Notes under the pieces: generated by a model | Seen by the model: the letters and a program-made list of their open reading frames with translations, nothing else | Told to the model about the DNA's origin: nothing | The model's database searches: none | DNA from: an uncultured delta proteobacterium | GTDB taxonomy: Bacteria > Myxococcota_A > Polyangia > Haliangiales > Haliangiaceae | DNA: 64,000 nucleotides | Assembly (NCBI GenBank): GCA_963848295.1 | Contig: CAWKDB010000002.1 | Span: 32,001 to 96,000 of the forward strand | Reading direction: 5' to 3' | Shown here: one piece after another, positions 56,490-64,000 of the stretch | Numbering within the stretch: position 1 is the first letter of the stretch | How the letters are laid out: every line of letters begins with the position of its first letter | Made by a program: the position numbers and the translations under genes

Positions 56490-57383
56490 CTAGCGCCGCG
56501 TGCGAACGAGCGCGAGCACGTCGTCGCGATTCGGCATCGCCGACCACGGCCCGAGCTCGCGCAGCGAGAGCGACGCGGCGGCCGCGGCGAGCTCGACGCA
56601 ACGCGCGAACGGCAGCGAGCTGAGCAGCGCGGCGGCGAACGCGCCGTGGAACACCGAGCCGGCGCCCGAGGCATCGAGCACGTCGCTTGGAAAGGCCGGG
56701 CAGGTCACGAGCAGATCGCCGTGCCGGCCGATCGCGCCCTTGTCGCCGAGCGTGATCACGACCGCGCGCGGGCCGAGCTGGATGAGCTCGGCGAGCGCGT
56801 CGGTCAATTCGCCGCGTGGTGCGAGCTCGGACGCGGCGCGCTCGGACGCGATCAGGATGTCGCTCGCGGCGATCAGCTCGGCCGTGCCTTCGCGCAGCTC
56901 GCCGACGTCGAGGATCACCGGCAGCTTCTTCGCGCGCGCGGCGTCGGCGGCGCGCAGTTGCTCCATCGGGGTCGTGCCGTCGATCAGCAGCGCCGCGCCG
57001 TCCTCGAGCGCGGTCGTCGCGTCGAGCGTCGGCAGCTCGCCAGGATCGCCGCGGTAGCGCACGCGCAGCGAACCGTCGGCGGACACGGTCACGATCTCGC
57101 ACGCGGAGGTTCCGACGGCGCGCAGCAGCTCGGTGTCGATGCCGGCGTCGCGCAAGGCGCTGCGCGCGAGCTGACCGAGGAGATCCGCGCCGTGGCTGCC
57201 GACGGCACGCGCCCGACAGCCGAGCCGGAGCGCGGCGCGCAACGCGACCGCGACGCCGGGAGCTGGCGTGGTCGCGAGCGCGGCCAGATCCGCCGCGGCG
57301 GCACCAGGCCCCGGCAAGTTCGGTGCGAGCCCCGAGATCGTGACCCCGATACGCCCGAGGCCAATCACGAGGGGTGGTTTCAC
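56490..57383 (-). CDS. PfkB-family carbohydrate kinase
   Basis: VVITLGDKG and VLDASGAGSVFHGAF (variant of DTxGAGD). Confidence 0.8.
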   Translation of the reverse strand: MKPPLVIGLGRIGVTISGLAPNLPGPGAAAADLAALATTPAPGVAVALRAALRLGCRARAVGSHGADLLGQLARSALRDAGIDTELLRAVGTSACEIVTVSADGSLRVRYRGDPGELPTLDATTALEDGAALLIDGTTPMEQLRAADAARAKKLPVILDVGELREGTAELIAASDILIASERAASELAPRGELTDALAELIQLGPRAVVITLGDKGAIGRHGDLLVTCPAFPSDVLDASGAGSVFHGAFAAALLSSLPFARCVELAAAAASLSLRELGPWSAMPNRDDVLALVRTRR

Positions 57384-57496
57384 GATCTACATCATATCAG
57401 GCAGATAGCCAGGAATCATCCGCTGCGGACCACGCATTGACCGGGGGCGTAAATGTCCTTGCCGCGACGCGGCTTGTCGGTGCACGGTCTCGGTCG

Positions 57497-58177
57497 ATGA
57501 CGGCCCCGCCCGGGCAACGGGTTCCGACCGACCGCGGTCCTAACGGCGAACCGACCGGGGAACCCGTGACCGAAACCGTCGCCGAATCGCACGTCCTGCC
57601 GTCTCCTGCGCTCGCCGATCCTCGGCCGCGCATCTCCGGCTCACTCGGCGACGACGTCGAGCTGATCGCCGCGTGTCGCCGCGGTGAAGCGCGCGCGATG
57701 GAGGTGCTGTACCACCAGTACAAGCGCCGCGTGTTCGGGATGGCACATCGCATCGTCGGCGCGAGCGACGCCGAAGAGGTCGCGCAGGAAGTGTTCGTCC
57801 GCGTGTTTCGCGGGCTGTCGGCGTTCCGCGGCGAGTCGCAGTTATCGACGTGGATCTATCGGCTGACCGTCAACGCCGCGCTATCGCATCTCGCGCGCCG
57901 CGGTCGTCGCCAGGAGGTCAGCGACGAGACGCTGATCGAGATGGCTGCCCCGCCGTCGATCGAGCGCGACTCCGCGCTCGCGACGCGGATCGAGCAGGCG
58001 CTGGTGCAACTGCCGGCCGGTTATCGCGCGATCCTCGTCCTCCACGATATCGAAGGGCTGTCGCACGAAGAATGCGCGGCGATCCTCGAGTGCCGCGTCG
58101 GCACGTGCAAGTCCCAGCTTCACAAGGCGCGCGCGAAGATGCGCGAGCTCCTCGGTCCGATCGGAGGCGTCTGTTGA
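57497..58177 (+). CDS. ECF RNA polymerase sigma factor
   Basis: DAEEVAQEVF, FRGESQLSTWIYR, LHDIEGLSHEECA, GTCKSQLHKAR. Confidence 0.92.
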   Translation: MTAPPGQRVPTDRGPNGEPTGEPVTETVAESHVLPSPALADPRPRISGSLGDDVELIAACRRGEARAMEVLYHQYKRRVFGMAHRIVGASDAEEVAQEVFVRVFRGLSAFRGESQLSTWIYRLTVNAALSHLARRGRRQEVSDETLIEMAAPPSIERDSALATRIEQALVQLPAGYRAILVLHDIEGLSHEECAAILECRVGTCKSQLHKARAKMRELLGPIGGVC

Positions 58178-58920
58178 GGTGCGAGGACGTCCAGGACTGG
58201 CTCACCGCATATCTCGACGGCGAGCTCGACGCCGATCGCGGCAGCGTCGTGCGCGGCCACCTGCGCACGTGCGAGACCTGCCGCGGCGTCGCCGGTGACG
58301 AGGCCGCGCTCCGCGATGGCCTGCGCGATCTGCCGTTGGTCGATCCGCCGGCGAGCTTGTGGGCCGGCGTGCAGGCGCGGCTCGCCGAGGCCGAGGTCGC
58401 CGACGCTCAGCGTCCGGCGTGGCGCGCGGCCCTCGGTCGCTGGCTGCGCGGGACCCTGTGGTCGCCGCGCTCGGGGATGATCGGGCTCGCGGTGTGCGCG
58501 GCGGCGGTGCTCGTCATCGTGCATCACACGCGAGCGACGGGAGACGAGGCGACGCAGGTCGCGGTCGACAAGGCCGGATCGCCGGCTGTTGTCCCTCCGC
58601 CGACGGCTGCGCCGGTGAGCGTGGATGTGACCGCTGACCTCGGCGGCGATACAGCCCGGGCGACCGCGAGCTACGCCGCCGCGGCGAACGAGCTCGTCGC
58701 GTTCGCGACCGATGCGCGCGCGAGCTGGCCCGAGGATCGCAAGCAAGCGTTCGACGCCAAGCTCGCCGAGCTGCGTCGCCAAATCGATGGCGCGGGCGAA
58801 GGCCGAGCGCAGCAGCGCGCCTATCGCGCGATGATTCGCTATCTCCAGGGCGTGACGATCCGCGACGAGATCGCGCAGTCCGAACCGGCGATGCTCGCGA
58901 CGCCGAAAGGGACGCCGTGA
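58174..58920 (+). CDS. Zinc-finger (ZAS) membrane anti-sigma factor
   Basis: C..V...LTAYLDGEL..HLRTCETC (HxxxCxxC), TM helix, coupled to sigma stop. Confidence 0.85.
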   Translation: MRCEDVQDWLTAYLDGELDADRGSVVRGHLRTCETCRGVAGDEAALRDGLRDLPLVDPPASLWAGVQARLAEAEVADAQRPAWRAALGRWLRGTLWSPRSGMIGLAVCAAAVLVIVHHTRATGDEATQVAVDKAGSPAVVPPPTAAPVSVDVTADLGGDTARATASYAAAANELVAFATDARASWPEDRKQAFDAKLAELRRQIDGAGEGRAQQRAYRAMIRYLQGVTIRDEIAQSEPAMLATPKGTP

Positions 58921-59877
58921 AGCGCGCGCTGATCTTCGCCGCGGTGGTCGTCGCCGCGCTCGCGGGCCCGGCGCTCGCCGATCCGGCGAAACCGGCCGCC
59001 CCCGATCAAGGCGTGGTCGAGCGCTCGCGGGTCGAGCTCGCGCCGTCGGGGCGTCCGTTCAAGCAGGTCGAGATCGAGAATCCGCTCGGCGACGTGCGCG
59101 TCGAAGGTTACGACGGTCGCGCGATCATGATCGAGACCCACAAGCATGCGCCCGACGAGGACACGCTCGATCGCCTGCGCGTCTCGCTCGTCCCGAACCC
59201 GGACGGCACGGTGCGCATCACGACGACCGCCGACGGTGGCCACGAGGTCAAGCCGGTCGGTCGCGGCGCGGTCCGGATCGATCTCGATCATCCACGCGCC
59301 CCGCGATGCGCGGGTCGATGCGGCGGCGTCCGCCGGCAAGCTCGAGCTCGTCAACATGGACGCGGGCGGCGAGCTCGACACGTCGTCTGGGGCGATCTCG
59401 GTGCTCAACGTCCAGGGCGCGCTCGTCACGCACTCCGTGACCGGTCCGATGACGATCGCGCAGGCGTTCGGCTCGGTCGATGCGCAGACGATCGCGGCGA
59501 ACCTCGACCTCGACGGCATCGGCGGTGAACAGCTGATCGCGTCGGTGGATCACGGCACGATCGCCGGCCGGCGCGTGCGCTCGCGCGATATCGAGCTGAC
59601 CACGACCGACGGCAAGATCGTGCTCGAGGCCGAGGCCGTGCTGCGCGGTCACCTCGTCGTGTCGAGCCTGCGCGGCGATGTCGCGGTGCACTTGCACCGC
59701 CACGGCGCGTTGATCGTGCAAGCGCGAGGCGTCAAGGTCGATCTCGGAGGTCAGGCGCAGACCCAGCCCAACGGGCTGGTGGTGTGGAACGACGGGCAGC
59801 CACCGGCCGGCGAGCTACCCACGTTCGTCGAGCTCCGCTCGCGCTACGGCTCGGTTCAGTTCGCGGTCGTGCAATAG
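58917..59877 (+). CDS. DUF4097-like secreted beta-repeat protein, frameshift near 59287
   Basis: Signal peptide; repeated S/TxxGxIxV strands; ORFs 58917-59528 and 59146-59877 join. Confidence 0.65.
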
Positions 59878-59910
59878 CCAGCCCTGCCGACTCGCGCTAC
59901 GCTGGTCGGA

Positions 59911-60495
59911 ATGGATGAGCCGGTCCCGGCACGGGTACGCGAGTACGCCGAACAGGCGGTCGAGTACGTGCGCCGTGCGCTCGGCGTCGCGCTCGAGTAC
60001 GACAGCAACACGCTGCCGCTGCTCGACCACTACCTGCGGACCGTCCCGGGCGAGCAGACCGCGACGCTCGAGCTCGTGATCTCGACCGCCGGCGCGTATT
60101 TCGGCGAGGTCGTCCGCCGCAGCATCGGCGGCCGATGGGAAGCCGGCGGCAAGGAATCGGACTGGCGGATGGTCCTGCCGACCGGACTGTCCTTCTCGCC
60201 GATGGGGATTGTCGCCTCGGCGATCGCGCAGGCCGACCTCGATGACCTCGACTCGGAGTTCGACGCCCCGCCGCGGATGAAACCCTACGTGCAGAGCGCG
60301 CTCGAGCGGATGGGCGAGGTCTCGGTCGAGGACTACTACTCGCTCTGCGGCCGGCTCGACACGCTCGAGCACCTGCACGAGGTGCTGGTCGCGGTCGCGG
60401 CGCAGATGATCGGCGGCGCCGAGGACCCCGACGCGGAGGGGGCGCCGCACGACCCGGTCGCCGACGAGCCGTCCGGCGGCGTTCCGGTTAATTGA
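59911..60495 (+). CDS. Hypothetical protein
   Basis: 194 aa; LEYDSNTLPLLDHYL..AGAYFGEVVRRSIGGRW motif. Confidence 0.65.
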   Translation: MDEPVPARVREYAEQAVEYVRRALGVALEYDSNTLPLLDHYLRTVPGEQTATLELVISTAGAYFGEVVRRSIGGRWEAGGKESDWRMVLPTGLSFSPMGIVASAIAQADLDDLDSEFDAPPRMKPYVQSALERMGEVSVEDYYSLCGRLDTLEHLHEVLVAVAAQMIGGAEDPDAEGAPHDPVADEPSGGVPVN

Positions 60496-60533
60496 TCGTG
60501 CACGTGGCACGTGCACGTCCACGTACACGATCA
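60493..60533. repeat. Intergenic hairpin built of CACGTG-like hexamers
   Basis: TGATCGTGCACGTGG-11 nt-CCACGTACACGATCA, 14/15 bp stem. Confidence 0.6.
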
Positions 60534-60558
60534 CCGTCTCCTCTGGTATGACCCTCGG

Positions 60559-63255
60559 ATGGCAAGGGGTACCCGCGCTCCGTCTCAGCACGCCTACCGC
60601 GGCGCGGTCGGCCACACGCAGACCGCGAACATCCACGTCTCGACCGGCAAGGGCGACGTCGTCGCGACGGTCTACACCGCGATCGACGCGGTCGATAACC
60701 CCGAGCTGGTCGCGCGGCTCCACGCCGACGAGCTGAACGTGATCGCGACACCGGGCGGCGAACCGGTGCGCGCCGCGGTCCCGGTCGTCTATCACGACTC
60801 GGCAGCCGAGCTGATGGTGCTCGTGCTGAGCGATGCGCATCGACATCGCGAGCTCGACGAGCGGATCGCGTTGCTCCAGCGTTTGCGCGACGATACGTCG
60901 CCGATTCCCGGCTACGTCAAAGACTTCGCGGTCGCGTACGGCCCTGCCGGGTTGCGCGCGTATCTCGAGCACCGCGCCGAAGAGGCGCTGGTCAAGGCGA
61001 GGTCGCCCGAGGGGACGCGCGAGCGCGAGCTCGATCGCCGCAAGGCCGAGCTCGACCACCAGCGCGCCGACCTCGAGCGCGTCCGCAACGAGCTCGATCG
61101 CACGCGCAGCGAGCTGACCGCGAAGCAGGCCGAGCTTTCGCGCCGGAGCTCGGGTCCGATCGCTCGCGTCGCGCCAGTGGCCGAGCCGACGTCCGACGAG
61201 ACGACGATCGGCGCGCCACCTTCGCCCGAGGACATGGCCACCGCGCCGGTCGGCCGGTTCTCCTCGCTCAACACGCCACTGCCCGCGCCGCTGCCGACGG
61301 ACCCGGCGAGCGCACCGGTCGCAGCGGCGGCCGCCCCGAACGGCGTGTTCCATCACGAGGTCGATCACGATTTCGACGACGGTCCGACCGGGTCGGCGAT
61401 CGTGCCGCAAGGCTCCGATCCGCTGACGACCGAAACCGTCGAGCTGCCTGTGCAAGCCGATCCGTGGCTCGACTTCGCCGCCACCGGCGCGGCGTCGAGC
61501 TTTCACGTCGAGCACGGTCGCGTTCGGCTCGCGCTGATCGCCGACGAGCAGGTCACGCGCGGGCTCGGCGGCGAGCTCGATATTCGCGTGCTGCTCCATC
61601 GCGCACAGACCTACCCGGTGATCGCGCTCGTCATCGGCCCACCCGCCGCGCTGCGCGTACCGAGCCCGCGTCAGCTCGCGTTCGTCGTGCTCGACGTCGG
61701 CCTCGAGCACGATCGCCAGGTGCTCGATGCGCTCGCGCACGACTTCAAGCTCGAGATCGAGCTGATCGCGCGCGGCCAGTCGATCCGTCACGTCCAGCTG
61801 ATCGCGCCACTCGCCGACAACGTCGGGTACGTCGTGCGCGCCGCCGACGATCACCTAAACGCGCTGACCGCCGACGGCGAGACCGAAGCGTCGTTCGCCC
61901 GCGCTCGCGAGCTCGTGCTCGGAGATGGCTACGACTTGCTCGGTCTCGAGCATACCGAGGCGTCGGAGTTCCGCGACGACAAGCTCGCCCAGCTCCAGAC
62001 CGCCCAGCAACTGCGCCGCGCGATCGCGATGGCGCGGCGGTTCGCTCGACCGTCGCGCGAGGACTACCTCGTGTGTGCGCGGGGCTTCCCGATCTCGCGC
62101 TGGCACGAGCTCCGCCGCCACGTGCTGCAGAGCGCGGTCGCGTGGGGCCTGTGGATGGGCCCGGAGCTCGCGCAGGTCGCGGTATCCGAGGGTCTGGCTC
62201 GATCGCGCCGCGATCTGATCGTCCGGCTCGGTGCCGGGTTCGAAGCGCTGCGCGCAAACCCCGCGGCGAACGACATCGACTCCGATGCCGCGGCGGACAA
62301 CGCGAAGGCGCTCGCCGAAGAGGCGAGGGCGCTCGGCGTCGAGCTCGACGCCGACGTCTACGGCAAGCTCAACGGCCACTCGAACGGTCACGCCGCGATC
62401 GCGAGCGAGGATCGCCCGGTCGTGTCGGGCTCGATCGAGCGAACGCCGACCCACGCGCTACACGGCACATCGACGCCGGAGCTGATCGGCCTGCTCGACG
62501 ACAAGAAGCATCGGCTCGCCGCCGCGATCGAGCTGTGCGATCGCGGAGAATCGGCCGCCGCGCCGCTGATCGTCGGGACCGCGAAGAAGCTACCGCGATC
62601 CGAAGCGGTCCGCGTGCTCGGCAAGTCGGTCAAGCTCGGCCCGCCGGCGGCGCAGTCGCTGATCGATGGCCTTGGCAGCAGCAAGGCGTTCCTGCGCCAC
62701 GGCTGCGCGCTCGCGCTCGCGCTGCTGCATACCGACGAAGGCACGAGCGCGGTGATCGAGCAGTTGTTCGCCGAGCCGACCGAGATCTGGCGCGAGATCG
62801 CGCGCGCGATCGGCCAGATCGGGACGACCGCGCTGATGCCGCTCGCCGCGCAGACCGGCCGGCTCGGCGACCGACTCAATGCCCAGGTCGCGGAGCGCGT
62901 CGCCTGGGCCATGGCCCACATCGGCGTACGCGGCGGCAAGAGCTCGCTCGAACAAATGGCCGCGGGCCAGAGCGTGATCGCCCCGATCGCCGCCCACGCG
63001 CTCGAGCTGTTGTCGACCGCGGCGAACGACGACGTCCGGCTGCGCCCGGAGGGCGCTCCGCCGCGCGACGTCACCGTCAATCGCGCGTTCTCGCGTCGCT
63101 TCTTCGAGGCGCTCGAGCCGGACGAAGCGGCCACCGCGCTGGGCGACCTCGAGGCTTCGACCCCGATGGAGCTGCTCGACGAGGCCGATCTCGTCGCCGA
63201 AGAAGAGGCCGACGACGAAGCCGAGCTCGACGAGTCGGATCTCATCCAAACCTAA
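60559..63255 (+). CDS. Large protein with CpXC-like N-terminus, coiled coil and HEAT-like repeats
   Basis: VYTAIDAVDNPELVARL..LN..PVVYHD; coiled coil; C-terminal HEAT-like helices. Confidence 0.65.
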   Translation: MARGTRAPSQHAYRGAVGHTQTANIHVSTGKGDVVATVYTAIDAVDNPELVARLHADELNVIATPGGEPVRAAVPVVYHDSAAELMVLVLSDAHRHRELDERIALLQRLRDDTSPIPGYVKDFAVAYGPAGLRAYLEHRAEEALVKARSPEGTRERELDRRKAELDHQRADLERVRNELDRTRSELTAKQAELSRRSSGPIARVAPVAEPTSDETTIGAPPSPEDMATAPVGRFSSLNTPLPAPLPTDPASAPVAAAAAPNGVFHHEVDHDFDDGPTGSAIVPQGSDPLTTETVELPVQADPWLDFAATGAASSFHVEHGRVRLALIADEQVTRGLGGELDIRVLLHRAQTYPVIALVIGPPAALRVPSPRQLAFVVLDVGLEHDRQVLDALAHDFKLEIELIARGQSIRHVQLIAPLADNVGYVVRAADDHLNALTADGETEASFARARELVLGDGYDLLGLEHTEASEFRDDKLAQLQTAQQLRRAIAMARRFARPSREDYLVCARGFPISRWHELRRHVLQSAVAWGLWMGPELAQVAVSEGLARSRRDLIVRLGAGFEALRANPAANDIDSDAAADNAKALAEEARALGVELDADVYGKLNGHSNGHAAIASEDRPVVSGSIERTPTHALHGTSTPELIGLLDDKKHRLAAAIELCDRGESAAAPLIVGTAKKLPRSEAVRVLGKSVKLGPPAAQSLIDGLGSSKAFLRHGCALALALLHTDEGTSAVIEQLFAEPTEIWREIARAIGQIGTTALMPLAAQTGRLGDRLNAQVAERVAWAMAHIGVRGGKSSLEQMAAGQSVIAPIAAHALELLSTAANDDVRLRPEGAPPRDVTVNRAFSRRFFEALEPDEAATALGDLEASTPMELLDEADLVAEEEADDEAELDESDLIQT

Positions 63256-63290
63256 GTCACCCGTTTCAGGTATCATCTTCCTTTCGATCC

Positions 63291-64000
<710 letters not shown>

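Overview
High-GC bacterial chromosome segment. The gene repertoire (giant TPR proteins, Ser/Thr kinases with PEGA or AAA domains, Cys-rich lipoproteins, Imm11-like gene) suggests Myxococcota; this is inference. The left arm (1-31.6 kb) carries a ferritin-like diiron protein, a divergent K+-independent membrane pyrophosphatase, hutU-hutI and a convergent hutH separated by an SPFH/Arc cassette, two giant TPR genes, secreted lipoproteins, a kinase and a hydrolase. The centre holds tRNA-Leu(UAA) followed by a ~12 kb integrated element (31695-43726) bounded by a 21-bp direct repeat of the tRNA 3' end. It encodes a tyrosine integrase that reads through the att core, RHH/XRE/AlpA-like regulators, a primase-DnaB helicase, TerS-like and TerL genes with no recognisable capsid, portal or tail, a three-gene cargo operon ending in a ComEC-like metallo-beta-lactamase-fold gene (candidate defence system), and an excisionase. 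A third, degenerate att copy at 44535 marks an older tandem islet. The right arm has rlmD, mnmA, a kinase-AAA-TPR gene, rnc, a PfkB kinase, an ECF sigma/anti-sigma pair and others. Several REP-like repeats occur, including a 3x57-bp in-frame array at the hutH 5' end. Single-base frameshifts are scattered in host genes and dense in the element (decay or long-read errors). All family calls come from motif recognition by eye; no searches were run.
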